From Klebsormidium nitens (Eukaryota > Plantae > Klebsormidiophyceae), in the NCBI GenBank assembly GCA_000708835.1, contig DF236964.1, positions 124,001-188,000 on the forward strand: 64,000 bases of DNA. Reading direction: 5' to 3'. The notes under the pieces are model-generated. The model saw only the letters and a list, made by a program, of their open reading frames with translations. It was not told the origin of the DNA and ran no database searches. The number at the start of each line of letters is the position of its first letter. The stretch's first letter is position 1. Below are positions 10,441-24,739 of this stretch, in pieces. Made by a program: the position numbers and the translations under genes.

Positions 10441-13400
10441 CTATCCACCAAGTACTTCCCAGCCATCGTTAGAAGTCCTCATCTCGCCAGACTCCGACTC
10501 CTTGTGAATCCCATTAGCCTTCGTCCGGAACTCTAACCGTCCGTGCGACTTGACATAGTTATGATCCCCGACGAAGCTCCGCCGCACGAGCCTCGTCCCC
10601 GTTTCACTCGCTTCAGCCCCCCGGCTAGCGGCCCTCCTTTTCTCCGTTTCTTCCGCCGCAATCGCTTTGTCTTCCGCTTGCGCCCCCCGCGCTTCTTCCA
10701 GCGCTTTCTCCTGCGCTCGTTCGAACGTGACAAACCGGCTCTGCAACTGGCGCGCTAGCGGCTCTTCTCCCAACAAGACTAACACTTCCGCTAGCTGCTT
10801 CAGTTCCGCTTTCAGCGGCTCGCTTGCGCGTAGTCCCGCTAAGTGCGTCACGAGTGCCGATTCTTCTTCCGGACTGCCTGCGCGGATCTTCCCGCCCCCC
10901 TGCTGGATTTTTTTCTTCGCTTTCCGCGACAATTTCCTCGCCCCCCCCGTCCCCACGCTGCTTTCCACCCCCCCGGTTCCGTGCGAATATGCACTGAAGC
11001 CACTCATCGCCGTACTGGCAGCCGTGCTGACTACCGACGCACCATCCTCGTCGATGACGTCACCGGCGCCCGTGGGGCCGACACGTGTCGCCAGCTGGAG
11101 CCGCCGCTGCCGCACCGCCTGAAAGCGCGCCAGGTACTTCCCCACCTTCTCCTGCCCCTCCTGTAGGTCCGCCACGTGTCCCCTCGCTGACGTCACCGCC
11201 GCCCCCAGAATGACGTCATTCACGAGCTCCCCCCTTTCTCGAGCGTACGCGATCCGCAACGCCTCGGACCACGCCCCGGCTTCCGTCAGCAACCGCACGC
11301 CGGAATCGACGTCCGAGAGGTACTCTAGTGCCACGTGGCCGGCATCCGACGGCCGGCCGAGCGCCTGCAGCTCCTCCACGACCTGCCGCGCAAGCTCTTG
11401 CGTCGCGCTGACGTTATACCCGAGCCGCCCCGCGACGCAGAACATTGCGCGCCACGCGCCCCCGTGCCGGTACGCCGCCAAGGCTCTCTCTGAATGCCCC
11501 CCCGCGAGGAAGGCCATCGCGGCCTGCTCGAAGGCTTCCCCTCTGAGTAGGTGGTCGCCCCACGCTTCAAGAATCGTATTTCGGAGGGGGATTTGGCTGA
11601 CGAAGATGCTGTTTACGGCGGACGGGTAGAGATCGGGATGCTCGGAGAGAATGGCGAGGGCGGTTGGGAGATGCTCGTCTCCGGCCTGCAGCAAGAGTGG
11701 GAGTGTTAACAAAAGCCTTCTTGGATACACAATTTGAACCGTCTATTAGTTCGACTGCCCGCTTAATCGATTCTGCAGCAAAATCTCCAAAAGGTCTTGT
11801 ACTCCTCTTCCTTGTTAGCAGCCAAATGTAAGCGGAGTCGGCTGGAAAGAAACGCGTGAAGCGCACCTTGAAGCATTATTTGCCCTGACGTTGATCCTTA
11901 CCCACTTGAGGTGGACTGCTTCCGTAGATTCAAGCTGGAGCCTCAAAATTAAAGGACCGCTTGGACTTCTGTAATGAACGACACAGCATTCAAGTTGCTT
12001 CCCAAGCGCAATTGTTTTTTTCAAAACGCAAAACGAAAACAGCTCGAGGCATTTGGTTCAACTTACGCAGCGCGATTTCCTTTAACTGCTCAGAAGGGGA
12101 AACCGCCATCTTTGAGGCTTCTCCAGCTTAATTTGGGCGGCTCTGCATGTTCACAGTCTTCCTTTCCTCCGTGACTTTAAGGCAGCTAGTTTGATCTTCC
12201 GCTTTCCCTGCACAGATTCATTGTGGCAACTCCTTGACAACCACCAATGCACAAAACAGCTTGGGGCTGCCACAGTTGGATTGTCGCAGATTTGAGTTCC
12301 TTACCTGTGCCAGATTTCGAAGAGCGCTCTCCCATCGGCCCAGCTTCCGGTCGACGGTGTACTTTCGAAGAGCGGGAGACAGCGATGCCAAGCTCTGCGA
12401 GCAAAAACAACAGACTTTCGGTTTTCAGCGGGGCAAAAAAGGGCAGGCGCTACGTTGTCTGCCTCGTCCAGCAACGACCCAAACAAGCACGGTCAAACGA
12501 AGTCGAAGTTTGTGACGCGCTTAGGAAGCTCAGAAGCAAAGTCCTGCCATGCTGCCCGGCGAGTGATAACTCCAGTAAAGGGCCCTAAAGTGATCCTTTC
12601 GTACAGCCACGTAAAGTTTTTTGACGGCCTGCTTCCTTTGCCAATAAAGATACAGTTTTCCCATTCAGGACTAAGCCGGCATCACAACTCTATTGCGACC
12701 TAGCGCAATCCTGACCAAAAAGGGACAGCAAACTTGCTGAAATACGACCTGAAGACGAGAAAACGAAGACAACCTCAAGCGCCAACCTCCGACAAGACAG
12801 ACGTCTAAGGTGTAAGTAAGGCAAGTACTCTCTGCGTCTGCGCCTTCTGAAGTGCGGATAATAAAAGCAATATAAAAGGAGACCCAAGAAAGAGTAAACT
12901 AGATCAGCACAAAAGACGGTCCGTCCGCTCATCAACAAGGACAGGAATCTCACTTGCAAGTACGGCAAGAACTCTTTCGGGTCCATTTGCGCTTGCGCCG
13001 CAACCATGGCCGCTAGTTCCAAATCATACATCCCCAAAGCCACGTCGTACAGCGCGTTTGCGTCGCCGCATAGCCAGATGAGGTGCTGCATCGCGCGGTC
13101 CGCGGTCAACGGGGCGGTGTCGGAGATCAGCGGCGCTCCCTCTTCGTCCGCATCTGCACAGCATTAAAGCGTTTTGGCAGTGGTCTTATAGACTGAACGA
13201 AGGCCAATGCGTGGCGGTCTATCAAAACGATTCCAGTCAAAGAGGTCGGACTGTATTTCCGGTGGTTTGCAAGGAAAACCCAGAAAAAATGGACAAGCGT
13301 ACGTTAGCGGAATTCTCATCTCACGAAAAAGATCCCCCGCTTCCCTGTCAACAAACTTTCATGATTCCACAAAAAGTGCTTGAAAATGAAAGTAACGACA

Positions 13401-16400
13401 GCAATCAGAGGGTCGGTAGTAGCGCCACTGCTGATTCAGCAGCAGCATGGGGTGTCCTCATTGCTAGAACCAAATCAGGCCCTTTTCAGCGCTTGCAACA
13501 AACAATCCAGTCCGCAGCCCTTGATCCGGCAGAGACAATAGGCAGCGCCCGCAGAATCTTTGGCGGCTTCCACACAATATGCATAGACAGTGTCTGCCCG
13601 AGCTTTGATTCCGTGGAGACTTGGGTAAGCTGCGGCTCGAGGACTGATGAAGATGGAATCTCCCGAAAACAGACCCCAGCATCCGGTTCTTCTTTACCAG
13701 CAGAACCTCCTTTCCAGAGAGTAGCACGCAAATTCTACATATGCAAGAATCCACGAGACTGGGCTGCATCGAACGCACAAGCATGTTACAGCACTGGCTC
13801 TGCCTTTACTAGATGTAGAGGCGTAGAGACGAGGTGTGAAAGACTGGGCGCTTCCAAAAGACGAGGTCAAAGGAATGGATAAAAACACTCTGGACGAGCA
13901 AGTATGAAGGGCTAGCTAAAAGGATAAGGAAATCGGAGCACCCACTTTTGTGCTTTTCACGATGGCCCAGAGGCAGGAGGCAAGATGCACAAAACCAGGG
14001 AACCAAAGATCCAAACCGCGCTTAAGCGTGCGTTTGAAAGTTAGGGACACGAACAGTCCATGCGGGCTTATGCAGGGAAGTACTTAAACTGAACGCTCCG
14101 GTTGCTGACAAGCATTGAACGGACAACCCTAAGCCTGAAAATCGACAAGGCTGAAAGTGCTTTCAACGTGCCTCAAGCTTTCTCGCACAGCAAACGAGCT
14201 GACTCGAAAATCTACACTGGCCAATCAACAGCCAACGACGGTGACAACGACGGACCCCCCACATAGTTGTCACGTTCAACAGCTGACAGTCTCCGCAACA
14301 AGCATCTGGATGCCGAAGACGGTCGAGTCCTGAACTGATGAAATACAGAGCTACAAATTTTGGCTTCTCAACCACTGGAGGTTGAGAATGAAGCCTCTAT
14401 GGCAGGAGGTGTGATGTCCGGCGCTACCCAAACCGGTTCCGGTCGAAACCCGGTGGGTGAACCCAAACGGCGGCATCTTTTTACACGTACTTCATTACAC
14501 ATAGTCGGCCCCCAGACGATCTCGCGAGAGAAAGTGATGCCATGTCGACATACATGGTGACCGTCAGGATGCAAAGCGGTAATGACCGACAACGATCAAA
14601 GGCAATGCATCATCACAGGCTGCTTGGAAGAGAGTTCTACCGGGTCACCATCCCCGTGAGACAAGCTTTTAACACGACCTAGAATTTGCGGTATTCGCAA
14701 GACGTGTTGCCGCTGCTACATAAATCAGTCTGTAAACCTGGCCCAGCTGCAAAAAGTCTCTGACTGCATGACGAGACGACTGTTCGACAGGGTTGAAAGG
14801 CAAGTGAAGGTGAGGCAAATCGAAGCTTTTCTTCAACGCTCACGATTGACCCGCGAGGTACAAATGAATAAAATGTGGAACGGAAGGAGAGATACTTAGC
14901 CAGAGACACGGCGTCTGGACAAGTCCTTGAAAACTTGCGTGCAAGTCTAAACCGCCCACGCGCAATCCATCATTGCCGTGGCCTCTAATTTTGTCAACAA
15001 ATTAAATCTCGAATGACCGCGAGGCCGATGCTCGCTGCTGTTCCACGAGTTGAGCGCCATCCGAAATCTCCAGTAACTAGGGGCTTCAGAAAGCTCCTTA
15101 ACGTCAAACGAGGCCACAAAGAGCTGCAGTGTCAAGGAACATGCGGCACCCAAATCAGGTTTCAATGCGCCATGCAGAAAAAGCCACAGATTAGCTGCTG
15201 ATTTCAAGTGCGCCACGTTCATCGAATAGTTACTAGCGTGCCCTTTCCTGTCATCACCTCCAGATGGGCTGTCTTAGACGCATACTATGCCAATGTATTG
15301 ATAAGTGGACCTCATGCAGGCGGCCAGACTTGGCAAGTAGAAAGCATACAAACTCAACTGGGCAAATCCGTTTGTAAACGAGCAGGTTGAGCAAGAAGCA
15401 TTTGTTGTGGCTCTGTTGGATCGTACGCTGGGAGGCCAAGCTTGGAGTTCGACAAAAGCCCCAATAGATAGCATCTTTGCCCGAGATAACAAGCCCTCCG
15501 TTACATGGCCGCAGGCTGGGATGCAACAATTGCAAGAAGAAGCAGGCATAAAAAAGTTGCTATCGCATCAGCAGTCCAGGGCTGATGGGTTGACTTGAAG
15601 TGTCCCTCGTTTTTGCAAATCTTACGGCCTTTCGCCCCTGTCTGCCGGAACGTGGGCGAAAATTCAGGAGCTGCAACATCAGACAGATTTTTTAACGAAG
15701 TGGAACACATACTTCTCCGCAGACTCTCACGCATGTACGTCTGCGTCATGCAGGAAGGACGGCGGGACGCAGACAAGATCGCTTCGTATCAAATGGCTTC
15801 TGCGCTGAACATCACTGAGGAGCGATGTCGCAACCTCAGATTGCGCAATCACTCATTGCCAAACCTAGCAGAACCGCCAACGTTCGTTTCCGTTGCATTG
15901 AACGCCTTTGGCGGATCGTTTTGATAGCCGGCTTCGCAGACCGTGTCAACTTTCGAGAGCGCTCTTAATCAAGCTGACAAACGGTGGCATCGTTTCTTCA
16001 GGAACAATTGGGGTACAATCAATGGAACCCCCTGGGCATTCCTCATTGCCAATAGCAGAATATAAAACAAGGCGATGCACGCCCGTCGCAAAAGAAAGGA
16101 GCCTGAAACAGAAGGCGGACCGCAGAAGATTCCGGATGGACGAAGGACTGAAAGTGCGTCGCCGCCATCTAAACTGTGTGTGAAAAATCCAGTCCACAAA
16201 GAATAGCCTTGAGCTGTTACCATCATCTCTGATTCCGATGGAAGGTCTATCTTGGGCGTGTCCCGCAACTACGACGAGAGCATTTCTAACATCTGAAACA
16301 AGTGGTGGCAACTTCCTTCACTGCTTCTTCCCAACAGTATCTTGCTGTTGCAAAACGCCTTTCCAACTTACGACAAACGATTCGAAACAGGCTTGCATGG

Positions 16401-19400
16401 CTCTTCGTCTGACGAGCTCAGGAAGTTGAATCTGTACACCAGCGAACTCAGCCCGGGGTCGTCGTGGCCGTCAAGGTTATCTCACCTGAGTCTGATAGCC
16501 GCAATCAGAAAGAAAGCTCCTACGAGGCCGGCACGATAAAGCTCACATACTGTCAGCACGATGCAGCCTTTTATGAGGTCAGCGACTTCCTGAAGAGCTT
16601 GAGATGTGAGCTGCCCGCTCAACGTTGCCGGATATCGGTCATTGCTACCGAACCGTGGATCTAGACTCGTGGCCACAGCCGTCAATCGCTTTCCTACCGT
16701 TGAGCAAAAACATTTATATATAGAGCCATATCGAGTTCAGGTTTAGAACCTTTCAGTGGTGCAAAATTTATGCTCAACGACGGTTCAGGCCCAGAGATAT
16801 GTACGTACTGAAGCCGACAACGAGATAGGAAGTAGTCTCGACCAAGTAAGGCCCATTTTGAATGGGTGCTTGTCCAATTCCTAGTACAAGAGGGAGGAGA
16901 GCACGACGGGTTACTGATGCACCCATGGGTGGTCGCCAGCAGTATGCACGCAATTCGCAGATTCTCAGACTGCTTTGACCTCCAGACACGATAAATATAC
17001 ATGTGGGCGAACGTAGGACAAAAGGCAGGCCGAAGCAGTTGGAGAGCAGACAACTCTTTCCAGTTTCACCCTTGTATATATTTGGACGAGAGAAAGGTAC
17101 ACCTTGTCAACTTGTGTGGAATCAGCTGCTGAAAAAAAAATGGGAGCTAGAACTCCCAATTACATTTGCATCGCACCCACAACGTGTTCCATAGACTAAG
17201 TGCCCTGATTATCCTGCTAGGCTGCATTTAAAGTACATTCTCCGCATATAGGCGTCAACCGGATTGCAGATTGTGCTGAAAAGCTGTCGGATTCTGAACA
17301 GGAGTGGCCTTCACATACAACGAGACAGAGAGCACGATGAACAATTTGATCAGCGCAAATGACTCTGGCAGTCAAACAACCAGGAATATGTTAGATATGA
17401 TCAGCGATCGGCACCCATCGCATGGCCCGACAACCACCCACCAACCAGGTGCATGCGCATTTGAGCACTCCTAAAGCCTTGCAATGGAAAGCGCTGGTCA
17501 AAACTCGTGGAATAACCTGCCTAGCCTACAGAAGATACGGGATAACTTGGAGCAGCTGAGTGTGTGGCTCCGTGTTAACGACGCCCTCGTGTGAGGTCTG
17601 GATTTCAACCAAGGTCCTCACTGCCACTTTCACGAGGCCCTGAAACCTTCGACCAGAGACGAACAAAACCATTGACGCATTGCATTCTCGAAGGAACGCA
17701 GCCCCTTCAATGCGTAGCTACCGAGATTGCAGCACTATTGGGTGCGTCTTCCGGACTGAACTTGTTTTAAAGGCGCGAAGTTCCTGATGGTGCAAAGAGC
17801 GAGATAGCGACCTTGGACCACGCAAGCCTGACTCCCTAGGACATGAGCGGCAGTGGGGACAACACTCGCTGAGGAAGGGACGGTGCACGCAGATAGTCAC
17901 GCTAGGCCTCCGCAAATATCATACAAAAACGCGGAACAATGATGCGGGTTTCTCGCACAATGCAGAAAGAGCCTGAGAAATACCTGACCTTGACCTTTTC
18001 CTTTTAGCTAGCCTCGGGCGTGCTTTTGCACGAGGGGACGCTGGCAAAAAGCATACAACTGCAGCGCAACAAAGCAGGCAAGCACTAGCCGTGTCAAAGG
18101 AACGAGCGGTCGCACCGGACTAGCTTTTACCGGGATGATGTATGGGCGCGCAAATCCAAATCCCTGGAACAGAGGGACGCTCGTATCGGCCTGTCCCAAA
18201 GCATGGACCCTAATGGAAGCCCCGCTTTCAAGAAGTATAAGGGAAAGAGAAATATATGACAAAGTTCAAGCCGGACATCTGAACACGTGAGTGAGGCTTC
18301 AATCTTGGCGGGCTGAGTGAGCTTGAGTGCCCAACATCCAGGGTGATTCATTGCCACATCCTCCCACCCAGAAAACAGATCACACGCAGTGTCAAGCATT
18401 TCGTCGTGGAAGATCTGGCCGCAACCAAGGAAGCTTCCTTCTCCGTCGAGACCTCCAGTCAGTGGACCCTAGCCAGAAGTGGAGAACGAAAGGAGCAGCG
18501 GGGTTGCCATCAGATTGCAAGTCTTCACAAGAAGCTTCGACCAAAGTCCACATGACGCACAGGGGTCCTCTCGAACTCCTCTCGAAAATACAATCGCAGA
18601 TTGGCATGAACGAGACTCATTAGGATGCGTAGTCGCTAAAATGAAGCTTGAGCACATTATTCTTCCAATCGGAAAGAGGCACCTTCTTTGAACCAGAGTC
18701 GGGCACCAACCGATCGAGGTACATCAATCGGCTGGTTGGAAGTGGAAATCAGTGGCCTCAACGAAGATAGTGTCATACTTGAGCTCAAAAGCTCATGACA
18801 ATACAACTTTCATCATTGCCTTGCAAACATAAGAGAGAGAAGAATTGACACATCTTCAGGGAATGAATTAAGGTGGAGGGATGAGTACAGGCGCAGAAAT
18901 ACAAAGCTGCATAGTACGTTGATCGATCGGGGTATCTTATGATCTTGAAACGACAAAATCTCTCTAAATGGTTGAAAAAAGGCTTCTAAATCATCAACAG
19001 GAACACGTACAAATCTGCCAAGCGGATTGAGCTCCACGGAGCATCAGCCGCAATCCTGTGAAAAATTCACAAACGGACAGCAATGAGACCGGGATTTTGG
19101 CTACAAAAAGCTTGGAACGTTGTTCTCCTCACGCGTTTCTTTCCAAGCACAAAACAAGGATTCAACCTACACGCAGCTATTCAGGGCTCTGGAACCAATC
19201 ATGCGTGGGCACCAAAGCCAACATATCATAGCCATTGCGTTGAGCCGCATTCATTGCAAATTTCCCCATCTCAACGACAGTCTATCATTTCCCGCTCATA
19301 CCTGGGTAGATGAAGGTTTGTTCCACACTCTTCCGAATCTCTCAAACCGAGCATAGCGCCAAAAGCAAGTCGTTCAATCTGCCCCTAAAGCAAGCAGCGA

Positions 19401-22400
19401 TGCAATCACCCCGTATCTGCAGGCCACAAAGCAACGAAGGACCAAGTATCTTACACCCTTTGCAGCAGCTGAAAAGCCACGAACCGGCCCTTAAACTCAA
19501 GACTCCTTTGGTGCTCTCAGTTGAATGCAGGGACGACCCCGAGGACACCCGGACAGCCATCGGAAAAGGCTTCAAACTGATCTTTTGACGTCCTCAATTT
19601 GCGCATACAAGGGGACAAACAGCTGTATAATTGGTCCTCGTCCACCTGCGTTGCCCGGTGTCCTCAAAAAACCACACCATTGGAGAAACTGAAAAGCAGC
19701 AACTCTGGGCTGAACAGATTTGACCAGACTCTCCGAACGTTTCTTCTCGCCTTCGGGCCTTTTTGCTGCCGTCAAGCTCGCCAGCGCAGCGTTCAAGCCT
19801 TCACTTCGCGCCGGTTCCTCAAAGAAAACCCACATTATTCAAGTCACTAAAAAACAAATCTGCCTGGATTAACCCCGTTTTAACCAGGCTCACAAACTTT
19901 GCTCACCTTCGGCCCTTTCCGCAACCGTCCGGCCCGCCAGCGCCGTGTTCGGATCCTTCTGCAACTCGGCCCGTCGCATCTCCTTCAGGATCCGCAGCGC
20001 CTCTTCCAGTTGGGGGGGCTGACTTCGAGCGTGCGTTGCCAGTACACACAGCCCAACCGCGCCGCTCTGAATCCCCTCACCAGCCCCCCGTAACGCTTCC
20101 CGTATAGCCGTGCAGACCGATGTAACTTTCCCCGGACCCCCCTCTTTGCTTGGGCTCACCCTCGCCACCCCCATGTCTGTAGTTTCTGGGTTGTCTTCGG
20201 CTGAGTTTTCGTTCCAGGGGGGTAGCAGCCCCTTGTACGCCTCCCTGGTCACGTCCCCCTCATGGAGACTCGTCACCAGCTCCGCGACTCTGGCGGGGCT
20301 CCCGACCGCCCGCACGAACGCCGGCGCATCTTCCACGAACCGCTCCCAACCACCAAAGTCAACAATCAGGTTAAGGTCTAACCTGTGCCGCCGGCAAACC
20401 TCCAGGGCCTGTGCGTAGTCTTTCCTCCGGAGCGGATTGGCGGCCGTGGCTAGAACGAGCTCGCGGGGGTACAGGGTTTCGAGGTTTCCCCGCGGGGTTT
20501 GGATCATAACCCCGGCCTCTTCCCCGAGCGCAGCCAAGAGGACCGCCCCCCGTTCGTTCAACGGCATCGCCCGCTGCTTCTCCAGTGACGTCATCCCCAG
20601 CTCGGCGATGTACAGCTCGTCTTTTTGCGTCGTCCAGATGACGTACGCGCTTCCATCCCCGTCCCCCTGGTTTGCCCCGCTGTTTCGGACGACGACACTC
20701 GTGACACCTGTCGCGACGCAGTTGGCTGAGAGGTACAGCTTGCCCGACATCAAGGCGATGACGTGGCAGACGCTTCCAACTTTCACAGCCTCGATCCGCG
20801 AGCTATTTCCTTTCTCCAGGGTCAAGCAGGGCCTTGGGGGCTGACCCAAACCCCACCACTGAAGCTTCCCCCCTTCCAGAAGCACTAGATCCGCTTCGGC
20901 ATTCGGCGCTGGCCAAAAGCTGACTAGATTTCCGCCAACCGGATGAGATTCCGAGCTCTGAACGGCGTACTGGCCCCGACTCCGCAAACACGCATCACTT
21001 CCCGCTTCGGACTGCCGCACAAACCGGAATGACGTCAGCACCGAGGCGCTCTCCCGCCCGCTCTCTTCCCTTTCCAGAGCTAACAGAGTAAGCGGTTCCC
21101 GTCCCCAGAACACCAGCCGACCCGACACGCTAACGCCCTTCACGACTTCCCCCTTAAGTATCGGCTCCCCATACTCTCCCTCTTGTTCCCCGTCCAAATC
21201 CTCCCACCTCCCCTTCCGCTCACAGTGCGCCAGTCCAATCGTCCCGTCCGAAAGCACGACAGCCAAAACCTCGCCAAACCCTGACTCGTCGGAACCAAGA
21301 CACGCCGCTTGCACTGGTGCTGGAAACTCCACAGCGGCCGCGCAGAGGGGGGGCGGAATTATGGTTTCCAGGAGGGGGGTGATCCGGACTCGGGGGCCGT
21401 CAATAACTAGGGCGGTGCAGTTTTCGATGGTAACGGCGCTCTGCCAGGCGAGGTCGAGGTGCGAATGGGCGCCCCGGGCGGTCCACAACTGGAGGCGCAG
21501 GGGCTGCTCTGGATCCCAGGCGAAGTTGAGAGAGCCCACTCTAGTTCGGCTCCGCCGCCACTCACGCTTCAGGTACCTGCCAGCAAAGTCGAAAGTAAAT
21601 GAGGATAATGCGTCCGAGTCACCCGCACCCGGTTTCAGGTATCAACGCACAGTCAATTGTGGCTTGGGGATGTTGCGTGACCGCAGGATCGAGGGGATTT
21701 TGAGAAGGGCTACAAGGCTTCCGCTCGTTTGACAGGCAAAATGCCCCCTCAAGACCACGGTTGGATCGACAAAAGGACTTGTTACAAGCAAATGGTCAAA
21801 GAGATCGACAGCAGGGTCCTTTTGATATGCGGACCCTTGGCTTTGCGCGGGGCGTGTTCATCTTCTTTAACATGTCCACCAGGGTGACAGGCACAGATTG
21901 CGTTTCTTATCTTCAGTTGCTCAATGTCCGTTATGATCCGTCATGTCAAGCTCAAAAGCTTCTGAGGCCCAAGCAGTCACCGGAAAATCAACCACACCCG
22001 TCCACGTTTCTCTGTCGACCCCCCTGTTTATTTTTTCAGGCCCATCGTCCTGAAATCTATATCCAGGTGTGGATCAAACCAGTATTGGTGAGAGTCGACT
22101 CACCAGTGATAGTTTAACCGGAACCAGATCTGCACCGCGACCGTGTCCCCCCACTCCAGGGCGATTCCCAGCAGTTCCGAACTCGCGTTCCACTGCAGGC
22201 CGCGCACCATCGTATCCCCCGGTACAGTTTCCAGTTCGAACCCACCCTTCCGAAGCCCGTTTCGCTCGAACAGCACGACTTTTGGATGGGTGAAATCCTG
22301 GCCAGGTTGGACTGCGGCAATCAGGGCGGCCCGGGGTTGCCAGGCGACGTGGCTGTGAAGGCCGGGAACCTGGACGAGAGGAAACGAATTGGTTTTACGA

Positions 22401-24739
22401 CGAACGGCTTGATTGTCTGGAGAACGCCGCTGAAGACTTTAACAAAAGTAGGCCATGGTGCTTCGAAATATGATATAGCGATGTAGCGGCAGCCGTGCAC
22501 TCAAGGATTCCGCCGATCCTAAGCACCTGCCAATTGCGGTGCAGCTCGAAATTGTTGACGATGTTTGCAATTGCAGGACAAATGTTGCTTCTCAAAGGAT
22601 GCAGCAACGCCTCCATGGCACCCGACTTCTGCTCCATAAGTCTGACCTCTTATCCTCCAGAATTGGGGTTTTACGAAACAAGTGTTCACTGTTTGTCTGG
22701 CCGTGGGCAGGAATTGTCGGAGGGCGGCAACGCCAGGACAAGAGGTTACATGTTGAGGCCCATGTTTCACACTCAAGATCGACAGAGTAATGTTTCCATT
22801 AATCTGCACCTTAAGAAGGAACGTTTCCACCTTCATCCTCACCTTCTCTGCGCGGGCGTGGAGGACGCACCCGTCCCGCTCCCAGACTACTATTGAGCCC
22901 CCAACGTTTGTAGCAAGGTATTTGCCATCCCCCCGCCAGCTGATGGAGACCCTCTCCACTCCAGAAGGGCCATTTGCCACATGGCTTTCCATTGTTGGAG
23001 ATTCCAACTCGACTTCCGCAAGGACGTCCCAATCCTGCGGAAAGTAAGCAGTGCGCAGTCAGCTCCAAGAAAGCAAAGCTGCAGGAACTAAGAGAAAAGT
23101 TGGTCCAGGTTAGCTCGTTCCCCACTGACCGGCATGTTTATTCGTTGACAGGGTGACTAACTCCTACTGGATTGAAGTTAGGTACTCTTGAGGACACATT
23201 CCAATTTTCACAATCACTGAGCTGAAGAGCAGTGAGACCGGTGAGTGACAGCGTTATTACGGGCGAAGACCCGCGCATTGCTGTTTAGATCCATACAGAG
23301 GTTGCCTTTGCGTATCTATCACAGAAGAGTCCATCGCAAGTGCCACAAAAACCATCTTGCAGAACAGATTGTACCCCCAGCCCCGGGAAGATGGCAAGAA
23401 GGAAACTTCCTGAGCGGTGGTCTGCAACTCGACTTTTGCCTCAGGTATGCAGATAAAAAAGGAGCAAGAATGACATCATGCTACTCTGGCCCTGAAAGAA
23501 TCACCACCCCAGGAAAGAACCAAGCTAAGGCCAAGTTTAAGGCCAAGCTGACAAGCTCCCCACCTTTGTCATTAGCAGAAGCTTCCCAGCGCCAGTGGCG
23601 ATTGCGACCACCTCTCCATCGGGGCCCCAAGCCATGCCAGCTACCCCCCCCTCAAGCATCCCCACTGCCTCGACCTCTACGGGAGATCTGTGGACCAGTA
23701 ATAGGTCCCCATGCAAGCTGGCAACTGCGAGCGCTTCATGCTCAGGAAGCCACTCAAGAGCGACAATCTCGGCGCCTTGCTCCAGGAAGGGGGGGCTGCC
23801 ATCTTCCGAAAAGGTCGTGAGGGAAACCAACAGCGTGGTCTGAGAGAAGAAACAAAGCATTGGGTGTTGATTCGAACGAGGTGTCTCGGATTGTCAAGTC
23901 CCAGGAAAGTAGTTGCTTTCGTAGCTTACTCCAAGAGTTGGTGGAGATTGGAATCAACTGATGCAGCCTGGTTCCCACGTCTGTTTGTGGCCGGTTCCTC
24001 ATTCCGCTTTGTTTAAGAAACGCAACACGCATTTATATATACCACCCTTTGCTGACGTTTGGGGGTTGAAAGGTGATCTTAACATTCTCGGGCAAGCCAT
24101 AAAGAGCCAGATCCAAACAAAGAATACAAAAACCATGTCCAATCAGCAGACTTAACACTGGCTTTCTGAGGCATGCGCGAGCTGTCAGATTCAACAGAGA
24201 AATAGAGCTTCGCAGAGCCTCGAACAAGTTTAACACACATTTGTCATTCTATGTCCAGCCTATTATCGGGTTCCGTGTGAGACACGAGGTGGTCAAAATT
24301 GAAGAGCACAAATAAGCGCAATCTGAACGTTGAACAGCATTCTGTACTTCATCACATACATCACCACCAGTGTATAGCTTTCGCCACAAGTGGTGGTGTT
24401 GACCGACTTAGCTCACCGATTGAAAGTAAGTAAAAGATTCATCAAATACATTTGAAAAGTGCAGTGGAAGCGAACGGGAGGAAAATCACACTGGCTCGCA
24501 AGAACATTTTCAACTTTTAGGCACTTTTGCAAAGACACAAGTACTCTTACCTTGCCTCTGGCATCTCTTTCATACAGTAGCCCATCCCTTGTTGCAAAGT
24601 AGGTACCACCCGTGTCCTGATCCGTTGCAAGAGCAAGCACCTCGTCCTTTTGCCCGCTGATATCTGCTCCATCTTCAACAATCCACTCCACCTGGCCCCA
24701 TCCCTCTCTTACAACCACCAAGTTCCTCATTGCAGCCAA
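10441..24739 (-). CDS. ELP1: Elongator complex protein 1 (IKI3/IKAP). Exons 24739-24551, 23839-23564, 23034-22843, 22369-22104, 21576-19907, 13153-12954, 12394-12305, 11685-10441; ~1375 aa
   Basis: GT-AG joins keep the frame. Family motifs: MRNL start, ISWRGDGKYLAT, FERNGL, QIWFRLNYHWYLK, IIPPPL, QTPRGNLETLYPR, ALGMYDLELAAMVA..QMDPKEFLPYL, KVGKYLARFQAVRQRR, GSPEEE. Confidence 0.93.

Noticed and set aside
11815-12024. Candidate ELP1 exon (LQLESTEAVHL..)
   Set aside because: Does not match ELP1; exon 12394-12305 (SLASLSPALRKYTVDRKLGRWESALRNLAQ) fits both sequence and phase.
13211-13882. 223-aa plus-strand ORF in the ELP1 intron
   Set aside because: GTG start, no recognisable domain; insufficient support for a nested gene.
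18300-18399. DLFSG resembling cytosine methyltransferase motif I
   Set aside because: Lacks the following GxGG and the other motifs; chance match.
22101-22370. Apparent frameshifts in ELP1 exon 4 homopolymer runs
   Set aside because: Recounting the G/C runs shows the frame is intact.
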